DNA of 59,720 nucleotides, filler included, from Basidiobolus ranarum (Eukaryota): NCBI GenBank assembly GCA_040143965.1. It is 2 parts of 2 records of this genome, joined end to end, with 100 filler letters (N's around TTAATTAATTAA, not from the genome) between each part and the next. Parts side by side here need not be neighbours in the genome. Positions count along the whole stretch, not along the records: positions 29,992 to 59,720 come from JASJQH010000103.1; 1 more part is not named here. One strand, 5' to 3'. Shown piece by piece: positions 48,869 to 59,720 of this stretch (position 1 is its first letter; each line of letters starts with the position of its first letter). The notes under the pieces were generated by a model. It saw only the letters and a program-made list of their open reading frames with translations, ran no database searches and was not told where the DNA came from. The position numbers and the translations under genes were made by a program.

Positions 48869-50439
48869 GGTTAGGAAGTACTAAACGTAAGGTTACTGAT
48901 ATTAAATTAAGAGTTGTGCAAGAGAGCGAGTCCCTGTAAAGGTCAGTTGGGAATATGCTGACTAGACTATAGATATTTCAGTATTCGAGTAGAGAAAATA
49001 TACAAAGTTCAGATAAATGAATGTTGAACAAGTAAATATCAATTTCTGAGCAATAGTAGCAAATTAAAAAAGCCCCTGATGATCCTGGTATAGAACGAGG
49101 AGAGGTTATATATGGAATGAAACCATTAAAAGAAAACTATTCAATGGATCATTGAGCAACCTAATAAAGAGTTCAAATCACTACCTCGGTTACTCAACTC
49201 ATCTTGCCTTCAAGCAGGAGCACAGCGGATGAAAGGGGCCCATACAGATATGGCTAGAGAATGTACATATGTTTCCCTCGGAAAAATCCATTTTATGAAT
49301 GTCATTCGACCAATAACCCAGTTGCATCTCTGTGCTGATCAGAATAGAGAATTGAAGTATTAAATTGAACCCAACTTCATCAACAATGTGAGCATGCATC
49401 ATTGTAGAGGATCTCATTTTCATTTCGGATAAGGCTTGGGCTTAACCCTAAATTCTTAGACCATTGGAACGGGTTCGTATCTTGGCATATCCTGTTTTAT
49501 TCCCCAAAGAAAAATAAAGCTACTGAAGCTACTTTGGCCAGCCAAGTTTAGCGTAACACTTGCCCAACATCAACCATGCTTCACTCGATTTAGTCCTCTG
49601 GTGTAACAAAGATGGTGGTGCGATATACTTAATGTTGATGGAAGACCTGTTTCTACGGGCGTCGACTATGAAATCTACTTTGTTAGATTAGTTTATGTAT
49701 GCATACATGCATGTATGCATTAGTGTTGTCAAATACACATTATCATCATAACATGATTAAAAACGACACAAATGCTGATCTGAGCTTATTCATTGTGAAG
49801 TGCTCCATTCAAGGTATTACAAGTGCAGTGCACATAATACACGGCTATATACCATTTTGATGTTATGTAGATGAGCTTGACAGCGCTTTAAGAATTTAAA
49901 TATTTCTGAGAGCCGATTGGCTGATTATTATTATTTCTGGCATCGCAGTGGGGATTCAACTGAGCATTTATCGAAGTTACCGAGTCACTTCACTATTCAT
50001 TCTGTACGGTATTCATATCTAGGACACCTTACAAATGAATTGGCTGCAATCCATTCGATGTTGGAAGGTTGCAAAACTCTTCGAAACTGTGTAAAATGTT
50101 CCAGTTACAGTCAAAAGTGATAATTACTAGAGAGAGTTCCTTCATTTTCCTTTGGATTATGAAGCGGAGATATAGGATATTTGTAATCTGCAGGCTGTCC
50201 ATATCCGTAGAATTGGGAATGTGAATAAAGTCTTCACTGCTGTTTCATATTTCCTTGGAAACATTGTGCTACAATGATGGAAATTAATTGTTAAAATACC
50301 TAGAGAAGTCAAGTCACAAATTCTTTTGATTGGCCATTATTGACAGTCACAATGTAGTCACCAGACATTCATAAAACCATTTATCTAACCATTTAGGCTC
50401 ATATTTCCCCATCGTTCACTGTTGATCCTAGTAGTAGCA

Positions 50440-51335
50440 ATGATGCGTTCTCTCTCTGTTCTCCTATCAAGTGCACTCCTTGTAACCTTTGTCCCTCAAA
50501 CCACCCATGGCAGTGTACTCAAGCAATCTCCTTTTCGCATCGAAACCTTCACCCCCGCAACTGTTCCAGTAGACCTTTATGTCATGTCCAAAAGTTCAGG
50601 TAACAAGCACATCCAACCGATATCCACAAAAGGCTCTTTAACGATATTTCTACAGATGCTGTACAATGTGAGGAAATCTTTGGAGGAATTTTGGACCAAA
50701 TCGGTAGTATAGTTAACCTTAATATCTATTATATTGGCAAAGAAGAAAACGGAAGTCATGTGTGCAAACATGGTGAACAAGAAGTACACATTTGTTATCT
50801 TCAATTCATTCTCTAGCTCCCATATTCAATCAAGCATGTCTATCTTTTTAGTGTCGCGGTAACAAAATGCAACTTTGCGCCAAAGCTCTGTATCGTTGGC
50901 ACCAAACCCCCTCAGCATGGTTCAGACTGATTCAATGTCAGAATCAAGACTATCATGCAATCGGTACTGACGCCAGCCTGGAATATTGCTCCTTGAAAAA
51001 GAATATGTCTTTCAAGAAACTCAGGGATTGTACCGATGGCCCCTATGGCGCCCGATTGCTCAGCCAGTCGTTTACTGAAGCTCAAGAGAAAGGGATTAGG
51101 TTTGTTAGTCATCATTCACATGTATGCTAAGCGTAAATAACTCATCAGCAATATGTTTAGTACCTCTTGCACGATGGTAATTAATCAACAAGTTCGTTGC
51201 GTACATGATTCTACCTGGATGAATTGCGATGGAGGGCATGAAGTAGCTGATTTTGTTCGCGATATCTGTGCTGTTTACAAATCAATCTCCTCTGCAACCC
51301 TCCCAAAGGGCTGTCCACCATCCTCTGAACTCTGA
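50440..51335 (+). CDS. GILT (gamma-interferon-inducible lysosomal thiol reductase)-family secreted protein with a substituted active site; 4 exons
   Basis: Signal peptide; spliced VDLYVMSKSSDAVQCE and CKHGEQECRGNKMQLCA (GILT signature CxHGxxECxxN); SCTMVIN...RCVHD...W..C.GG. Confidence 0.85.
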
Positions 51336-51494
51336 TAATTTAATAATCACCACGAAATTGACGATCTCATATAATTTCCCATATATTTATATTACACTGA
51401 CGCCAAATAAATCATCTTGATTTGTAAAATATCTCGACATTTTTGTCGCATTTAGTTACTAGATCCTTTCTAATCCTTCCAATCTATACAGAAG

Positions 51495-51511
51495 CCAATA
51501 GGGTGACGTCA
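51495..51511 (+). promoter_or_regulatory. CCAAT box plus CRE upstream of the chitinase
   Basis: agCCAATagggTGACGTCA about 110 bp before the ATG. Confidence 0.35.
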
Positions 51512-51620
51512 TGTTGTTCTGTTGGAGATGAATGCCAAGCCTCCGCAAATTCTGTTTCCGAATTCCGAAGTTACCTATAGATATTAATTCTATAGTTTAC
51601 TCTTTGCCAACCAGAAAACC

Positions 51621-53062
51621 ATGTCAGTTAACGGAAAAGTCATCGCAGGTTACTTTTGTGCTTGGGGAATTTATGCACGAAACTATAACGTATCAGATAT
51701 AGATGCACAAAAACTAACTCACATTCTGTACGCATTTGCTAATGTTAATCCGGATGGAGAGGTTTTCCTAACTGATAAATGGGCAGATATAGAAAAACAC
51801 TATGAAGATGATTCTTGGAACGACCCAGGAACCAATCTCTACGGAAATTTCAAACGTTTGTCTCTCCTGAAGAAAAATAACAGACATGTCAAAGTGTCGT
51901 TGAGGTAAAGGTGTATAGAATATGCATATGTTAAGCACTCATCTCTAATATGGTCTCTTAATTATAGTATTGGCGGTTGGACTTTCTCCGCCAACTTTTC
52001 TGCAGTCGCTGCTGATCCTAGCAAACGTCAACGATTCGTTAGTACCGCTATGGAACTACTTAACAACCTTGGCTTAGATGGATTAGATATTGACTGGGTT
52101 GGTTTTTATTAATACTTGGATTCAGTTGTTTACTTTATATCTCAACCACTGCACTCGAACTGAATAGGAATACCCCAAGGACAATACTGATGCTCAGAAC
52201 TACGTAGCACTTCTACATGATTTGCGCTGTGCTTTAGATCAGTATGCTGAGAGTAAAGGCGAGGGTAACCGTCGTTATTTGCTAACAACGGCTATGCCCT
52301 GCGGTGAATCTCAATATTCTTTCTTAAAACTCTCAGAAATGAATCAATATTTAGATTTGTTTTATCTTATGGCTTACGATTTCAATGGTACTCTCCAACT
52401 ATACATGATCATTTACGCCATGTTATACTTTTTCTGACTACAATTTCAATGGTTGTTTAAAGGTTCATGGTCTGGCACATGCGGCCATCAAGGTACAGTC
52501 GATTTCTTTTTTATACACAACATTGCCCTCCATATCTTAACTTCAGTCACCTTTAGCCAATCTTCGAGGCTCCGAGATGGGCGTGGAAAAAGCCATCAAT
52601 TTCTATATTTCTGCAGGAATCCCTTCTCATAAACTTGTAGTTGGTTTACCTATGTACGGCCGTGCCTTTCAAAATACCGACGGCCTTAATTGCCCCTATC
52701 AAGGAGTGGGCGAAGGTTCATGGGAAGCAGGTGTCTATGATTATAAAGCACTACCCCTTCCAGGTGCTCAAGAATATTACGATGAACAAGCCCTTGCTAT
52801 ATATTCATATGACCAACAGAAACGAGAGTTCGTTACCTATGACAACCCTTACATGGTAATGCAAAAATGCCAGCACATCAATCAGAGAAATCTGGGAGGA
52901 GTTATGTTTTGGGAATTAAGTGCTGATCATCCCACCCACCAAGCGAGAAGTCTCCTCAAGTCCGCCTTTGAATGCCTTGGAGGAGCACCGTGCATAGATC
53001 AATCCGAAAACCATATTTCCTTTCCAAATAGTTGCTACGACAATGTTAGAAATGGCTTCTAA
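51621..53062 (+). CDS. GH18 chitinase (group A-like, no signal peptide); 5 exons including a 30-nt exon at 52463-52492
   Basis: [28 protein letters not shown] (intact DxxDxDxE), MAYDF and GGVMFWE. Confidence 0.95.
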
Positions 53063-53238
53063 GTGAGCCATCGCCCAATTTTTGTTGCACTTTGCAAATA
53101 TCTGAAGATACCGATACCGAGACGAATATGAATAAGGATACCGTTATCAAAACAAATAAATAGGCTCTACCAAACTACTAATCTGAAGAATATTCTTTAT
53201 TCAAATGAATATGTTGTAAAATGAATAAAGAGATGGCT

Positions 53239-54818
53239 CTACTCATCTAAAATATGCCCCCGTGTCTCAGGCTCCCACAATCCCTAATAAATAGTATTCA
53301 AAATGAATTTAGAATTATTCAAGAATTCGAACCAGAACTGTATCATCTCTCAAAAATATCGGAGCCACGGGTGAATCTCAACCAACAAGCATACGATACG
53401 AGTTAAAGATGACCCAAATATTAAGGGATTCCTTTTCGATAGATATTTTAACATATCACATAAACTGATCCATATGAATGTTCCAAAACGGAGCTATCGT
53501 TTAATACGCCACTTCATATATAAGTGAAATACTTACCACATCATTTCCTTCACTTGCTGAAACCATCATCATGTATCTTGGATTAAAGCCGATCGCAGTG
53601 ATGGGTGCTGGGTGAGTGGGGATAATTTGTGACGGCTCTAATAATAAATCCGAATTTTCTAAATTCCACACGCGTACACTTCCATCCTTCGACCCTAAAT
53701 AACAAACATATGAATATGATCAGTGAAATGAATGAAATAATGAAAGAAAGGAGAAAGTCAGTGATTACCAGCGTAAACGTATTTTCCATCTGGAGTAAAG
53801 GTAGTTTCTTCTCCACTACTTTCCACTTGTAAAGGGTTGGTACCCGTAAGACAATGTTGAATTTCACCCGTATGAGCATTCAATACAAAATGTCCATTCA
53901 CTGAGTTCGTAATTAGTATCGTATTCGTGTCATTGTTGAATTTTACTGAAGTACAAGTTCCAACATATTCCGGGAATTTCTCTTGGATTTGTTGATAAAC
54001 TGGGAACGTACTAAAGGGTCCTTTATCAAAGCTCTTAATATCATATAATCGCACGCTTCCTTCTGAAGCAATGGCAAATATTGCTCCTTGGGGATCGAAT
54101 GATACCGAAGGGCGTCCCATCGTATGAATTAATCCTTGACAATTGGGGCTACGTGAGTCCCATAAGCGAACTGAACCGTCAATACTTCCCGAGAGAAAAA
54201 ATTCATCTGCTGGTGACATATCTAAAGAGTAAACTCTTTAAGAAAAAAAAACACACCAATAAGAGATAGTAAAGTTTGTTTCCTAAAAATTTTTGGTACT
54301 TACTTTTTTTTATGCCCTCTAAAATAGCGTATATACTTATTGTCGTGAAGAGAAAGAAATCTAAGGGTATCTAAAAGTTTCCTCATAAGTAGGACGAACC
54401 AATTAGTTGGAATCACAAACAATGAGTAGAGAAAATGGGTTAAAAGTACCATCTTCCTTGGTGGAGGCGTATACTACCGTATTGGAATTGTGTGTGAACC
54501 GTGCTAAATGTACACCATACTTTTTACTATACAACGTTTGAAGGGATCTATGGGTGGGAGGTGTTTGATAAGTATCCGTAATATCAAGAGTAATAAAAAT
54601 GAAGTTTGAAATAATAATGGTCTATTTGACTACACATACTTGCCTTGACGGCAATCGTATAAATGTAGACTCTCATCGGCAGCAGCGGTAATGCAAAACT
54701 CTCCATAGTCGTCAAAATCTATAGAGGTGACAGGGCTTTCATTTTCCTGAAAAGATTTGGATATTCTTAAGGTTGATAGCCCAGCAGAGGTAATTGGGAT
54801 AGTTAGGTTTGCTGTCAT
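53239..54818 (-). CDS. SWD2: WD40 COMPASS/CPF subunit Swd2 (WDR82)
   Basis: [65 protein letters not shown] and GLWEP. Confidence 0.92.
53336..53520 (-). ncRNA. Candidate intronic box H/ACA snoRNA in the last SWD2 intron
   Basis: Two hairpins with internal pockets; the 3' hairpin GUCAUCUUU/AGAGAUGAU is followed directly by ACA+3 nt; 14 nt from upper stem to ACA; ANANNA candidates in the hinge; host intron is 253 nt. Confidence 0.55.
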
Positions 54819-55078
54819 TTTATTTTGCACCTACTATTGCTAAACATACTATGCTGAGAAAACCAAAGCGCGACCAAGGTTTATCATTACCTTAGGATCA
54901 CTCACTTCGATCACATGACCCCTCACAAATATCTCAGCCGATCAATGGAAATATTGTATCTGGTATCTACTAATTTGTAATGGCTTGTTAGCCTGACTGA
55001 AACAAAAGGATTTTCATTCGTTGAGAGCAGATTATTAAGTAAATAGAATATAGATGTAATATTTAACAAGTAAGATGT

Positions 55079-55815
55079 TTATTGTTTAGATGAGATGAGT
55101 TCCTTGGAGAGAAGATATTGAACAATTTCCCTGACACTATCTTCGATGGAAAGTTGGTCGCTACGAATGTGAAGCTCTGGAGCCTCAGGGGCTTCATAGG
55201 GCGCAGAGATCCCGGTGAATTCTATAATAGCCCATTAATAATCCGCTTGAAATGCATCACTATATCACTTGTATTATTACCTTTAATTTCACCAGCACGT
55301 GCTTTCTTGTATAAGCCTTTAGGATCACGTTGTTCAACAATCTCTAAGGGACAGTCGACAAACACTTCAACAAAGGGAATTCCTGCTTGCTTGTGAAGTT
55401 CACGAGCAGAGTCACGATCGGATTTGTAAGGGCTGATGAAGCTAGTAATAGCTATGGTGGTAGAATCAGCGAAGAGCTTGGCCACCTGCAGATATTGATT
55501 AGAAAAGAGTATAATACATAAGAGAACATTGGCACTAACCTCAGCAATTCTGCGGATATTTTCGGTTCTATCTTCAGGGCTGAAGCCTAGGTTTTTATTC
55601 AAGCCAAATCTGATATTGTCTCCATCAAGACGATAAGCTGAAAATCCGTTGTGAAGCAAGTGTTGCTCTAAAGCGATTGCAATGGTGGATTTTCCTGAAG
55701 CGGAGAGACCTGTAAACCAAACAGTCAACCCTTTCTGTTTGAGAAGCTTGAATCTTTCTTCCTTTGTGACATCTCCTTCATGCCAAGTAATATTAGTTGC
55801 TATTTGTTGAGTCAT
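55079..55815 (-). CDS. MET14: Adenylyl-sulfate (APS) kinase; 2 introns
   Basis: [56 protein letters not shown]. Confidence 0.96.
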
Positions 55816-56308
55816 TTTGATACAGAAACCAAGTACAACTTCTCCCATGTATTTATCAGAAGGTGACAATATGATGTCTAAATTTCTTTGAAACTGATAT
55901 CATTTTTGGCCCAGGGGATTGGCTGGTTCGGGTAAGATGGTTTCCTTTTTTAGGAAACCCTCTGAATAATGTCATATTGACTGTCGAACATGACGCGATT
56001 ATTCTCTGTTGTCACATAACATGGCGCCATCAGATTGATAAACCCCTTGCTTACTTAATTCATGTTTAAAGTAAGAGTTCGATTCTGAATGAACTATAGG
56101 ATATGGCGGCATTTTTAACCTCAATAGCGCGGTTACCACTTTGTGTCTCTTGAAAATCTTTACATGGTCACGCAAACTGAAATTTATTACTCAACACTAG
56201 ATGCTTCAATCCGATTATACTTTCTTCTTCAAAATCATTCTTTTTAGATAAATCAATGATAATAAAGCATATCGTGAGCCATAATAAACAACAAGATGGT
56301 GATTCAAA

Positions 56309-58105
56309 TTATGCCGCACTAATAGAGGCTTTTCGCTGCTTTCTCTTTTTTCTTCTAGTTGGGGTTTTATGTGATTTGCTTAGAGTGAGATCGTTGGAGA
56401 GTTCTGTGAGACTTCGATCACGAGAAACTGTAGAAGAGTTGGTGATGTCTGGTAGCTGCTTGATTCCGTTGACTATATCAACGTTTGAGATCTTATTTCT
56501 TTTGGACTCCACGAGTCTGAACGATTTGGTCTGCTTGGGAGGTGGATTTACTTCTGTTAAGGAAAGGTTAATTTATGATGTATCACAAAGTGCTATTCAA
56601 ACAGCCAATAGCAAAATTGAGAGTTCTAATTACCATAAAATACCAGTCTTTTTGTTGTGGGATCTTTCTTTCGGAATTTCACAGCAAGAGTAGGTTCACT
56701 AACCACTTCCAGGCCGTGACTTTGGCATGTTTCGAGTGTGTGCTCTTCTTCATCAAACCACAGAATATCGGTTAATTCACTAACTGAAATCCCTGGTGAC
56801 TGGTACAGATATGCTTTATTCATCGCTTTCAAAGCGTTCTTTCGTATATCTGCAAGATGCCACTCAAGAAGGCAGGCCATCAGGTAGGGTGTTTCTGGAT
56901 GTTTTATAAGCTTAAGGAATTTGCTGAAGAAATTCATTGAAGCCTCACAGTTCGGTGGCATATTTCGCTTGAAATATGTATTATTACATTGGCATAACCC
57001 GTGAAACGTTAATGCTAACTGAACAATAGATGAGCGGAAAATCTCTTTCGGATATAATTGAGCTTGTCGTGCTATATCTGTATCGCGAAGATGGGTGATG
57101 ATATTGTATGCACGAAATTCAGCTTCATTAGGACAAGAAATTCCATCCTCTCGTAAATCTTCATAAAATTCCTGTAAACTGAGGAGAACTAAATTCAAAA
57201 GCAAAATTTACTTCAGAACAAGTATCGCTAAGATTTCATTCTAATTTCAATAAATTACCCTTGCGAAGTTGTTCTACCTCCTGTTGCTCACTAAAGTTCG
57301 AATTTTGACATAGTTGATGTAAACAAAGAATATGGTAACGCGCAATTCGTTCGTGTGCAGATACCGCTGCTAAACTTCTGCAATTTTGCAGGGTGAAATC
57401 TTGTCGAATTGATCTAGTGCGGTCACGAACAAACGCGTGAGAAGCTTCTAGGTCGTCGTCAGCACCTACGATATTTTCTATCAAGTAGTCCAGGGTTTTC
57501 TATTCTCGCATAATAGTGAGTCTGCAGGTGGAGAAATACGTGTAATCATCGGTTGAATACTTACAGTTAGTACCTCCGGGGAGCGCACATCACATGGTAG
57601 GGGTTGTTCATTTCCCGCGGCAGGGCGATGGTAAGCTTTCACAGCGCGTTTACGATCCAACTTATTAGTGCCTGGTATCTTATAAACGGGAAAAAGATTG
57701 AATATTAGTTTTTACTAAGTAGGTATTAAACTTTCTATAAGTATCACATACTAATTCGAATTTCTCTAAATTCTTCTGATATTCTCTCTCTTCACATTCA
57801 AACTCTGGGCACATGTCCTGACAAGTCCCAACAAAGGTAATTGCCTGATCTAAGCGAAGTGGTTTTGTTGGATCTTGTAAAAGACCCTGGGCAATATACC
57901 TAGATCTAAGTTGTGGCCTTAATGCTTTTAACTATGTGTCGCAAGGGTAAAACATTAGAAAGTTGGCTCGCCAAACAGTACGGATTTGAAGAAAACAAAC
58001 TTGAAAGTATCGATTTGCTTCAGGAACGCTGTTGAAGCGAGCTGCCCTTTCATCGGGTGTCTGCCCTTTTCGTCTTTGGACAACCCCTTTCTTTCCCGGA
58101 GTCAT
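56309..58105 (-). CDS. SAC3: Short SAC3/GANP-family protein (PCI-type SAC3_GANP domain only); 6 exons
   Basis: FVGTCQDMCPEFE, AVKAYHRPAAG...DVRSPEVL, RDRTRSIRQDFT, HERIARYHI, NEAEFRAY and YLMACLLE. Confidence 0.8.
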
Positions 58106-58497
58106 ATTCAAAAAATAGTGGGTGAATTGCTTCAAAGGAGCTTTTAGTTTACAATACTTGGGTAAATGTTACGGAGCTCCAAGACCGCATTCATTGGTTA
58201 ACCGATATGACTGGAATCAATGATTCCTATTATATATTGAATTTGGCGATGATCACTTGAGATATATAATCAAGAATGTTTAGTAATTACTCATCTTGAA
58301 ACTAACATGTGTTTCATAATAATATGTATATCCGCAACATAGTGGATCCATACGAAGCACCGATCAACCAAGTTCATAGATATTACTAATCAAACTACAA
58401 AGGATACTAATGCTCATAACTCCTGGGTGATTTAAAGATGATCGCCCCAGCAGTTTCGAAGCCATATACATATAGTAAGACACTCGTGAGTATATAA

Positions 58498-59031
58498 TGT
58501 TGAAATTAGCATTGCCTAAACGCCTACAAAGTCATATATAGCTTAGTATTTAGTTGTCCTATATTGAACTAAGATATCTCTCATTATTCTCATGAGGAAC
58601 TTACTTAGAAGTTCTCAGAGATATAGATTTTTCAAACTAGTGCTAGAAGCCCCAAAGTCTGCACACATGTTCCTGTGACCTTCCTTAACACACTCTACTT
58701 GTTAGCTTGTATATATTGTGACAAAACTATAAATGTCAGCTGAATACACAATAAATCAACAAGTGGAAACCACCAACTTCTCCATTTCTCCAATTCTCCA
58801 AATCACTTCCAACAGGCTCCCAAAATACTTCAACAGGTCATAAGCACCAAGTTTGCACTCTCCATAATGTCTACTTCTCAAATTTCTGGTACTTTACCCT
58901 CTTCTGAAAAATTGGATGGCACCAATTATCAAGTTTGGATAAATAAAATGAAAATACTGCTGCAAGAAAAAGAGCTTTGGGACACTATTGTAGGAGAGGA
59001 AAGCAACACCAAACTATCAGAAAATAAGTGA
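58498..59031 (+). mobile_element. Ty1/copia element 1 remnant: LTR 58498-58835, degenerate PBS, truncated gag 58867-59031
   Basis: TGTTGAA...TTCAACA 7-bp inverted termini with internal TATAAAT and AATAAA; GGTCATAAGCA after the LTR resembles the copia GGTTATGAGCC PBS; gag KLDGTNYQVW..KMKILLQEKELWD. Confidence 0.75.
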
Positions 59032-59046
59032 CTTTAACAAAATTGG

Positions 59047-59720
59047 TGTTGGATATTTATTCTTTATTCAACATCATAGTTAACTTTAGTTATGATACAT
59101 ATATCAGAAACTGAAAACAACAAATCTATAGCCTCCATACTCTTAATAAGAATATCTCTATATCTATATAACAGTATCTCTTATTACCCTCACTTATCTA
59201 TTATATCTTATTACACAAACTCCTGAAAATCTCAAACAATTGATTTACTTTTCTACTATATAAGTCATCATATACTCTTAAGAATAAAGTAACTAAAACA
59301 CACTATCATAAGTTGCTTCTAATGCACAAAGTCTACCCCCATTATGTCAAGATCCTCCAACATGGTAGCAGCAAATGAATCAGAGTCTTTCTCCCAAAAC
59401 AAGATTACTAATATTCCAAAGTTCAATAGGGAAGATTTCCATGAATGGAAATGCAAGATGCAACTTGTGCTTGAAGGGAAACATGTCTGGGAAGTAGTTA
59501 AACCAGATGAAGAAGAAACTTCTGAAGAAGAAAGTGTCATGATTCTGATCTTGGCATACTGCTCCACTGCAAATAGAACTTCTCTATTATCAGATTATGA
59601 CATCATGTCTGCTGTGCCATCCCTTCTTGGCAGTCTGGTGTCAGTTCATCCAGATTACCTTATATGGAAATCATGTTCTTTGGAACATTCCATGAAACCC
59701 AACCAATCATGTCATCCCAC
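59047..59720 (+). mobile_element. Ty1/copia element 2: LTR 59047-59362, PBS and gag N-terminus running off the window
   Basis: TGTTGGA...TCCAACA termini followed by TGGTAGCAG (tRNA-type PBS); ORF from 59344/59362 reads IPKFNREDFHEWKCKMQLVLEGKHVWEVV. Confidence 0.8.

Noticed and set aside
53318-53335. GGTTCGAATTC T-loop-like motif (minus strand); also GGTTCGAG at about 7324
   Set aside because: No acceptor, D or anticodon stems; not a tRNA

Overview
AT-rich, intron-dense genomic DNA from an early-diverging fungus. Most introns are short (about 55-90 nt), GT-AG, with CTAAY branch sites; the gene content would fit a Basidiobolus-like zoopagomycete or a mucoromycete, but that assignment is inference. 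A 100-nt artificial spacer (N44-TTAATTAATTAA-N44, 29892-29991) splits the window. I reconstructed about 27 protein-coding genes by splicing by hand. They include an RRM/RGG protein, an EamA transporter, an ABC1/ADCK kinase, a double Myb/SANT protein, a TLC protein, four Kre9/Knh1-N-type GPI cell-wall genes plus two relics, a DUF4272-like protein, a Gly/Asn/Tyr repeat protein, OsmC, four alpha-arrestins, a PL14 lyase, a DUF4203-like protein, aldonolactone oxidase, GILT, a GH18 chitinase, SWD2, MET14 and a short SAC3. Two nested Ty1/copia LTR remnants sit at the right end. The most notable observation is a tandem pair of 6-exon genes (20938-26695) encoding a ubiquitin/RA-like domain fused to what looks like the conserved core domain of animal ANKFN1/WIDE AWAKE. 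Other candidates are an intronic H/ACA snoRNA in SWD2, a GILT lacking its catalytic Cys, a TP53INP/DOR-like LIR microprotein, a resilin-like protein, a PTS1-bearing aldonolactone oxidase and an apparent intron exonisation between paralogs. All family assignments come from motif recognition from memory, not from database searches.
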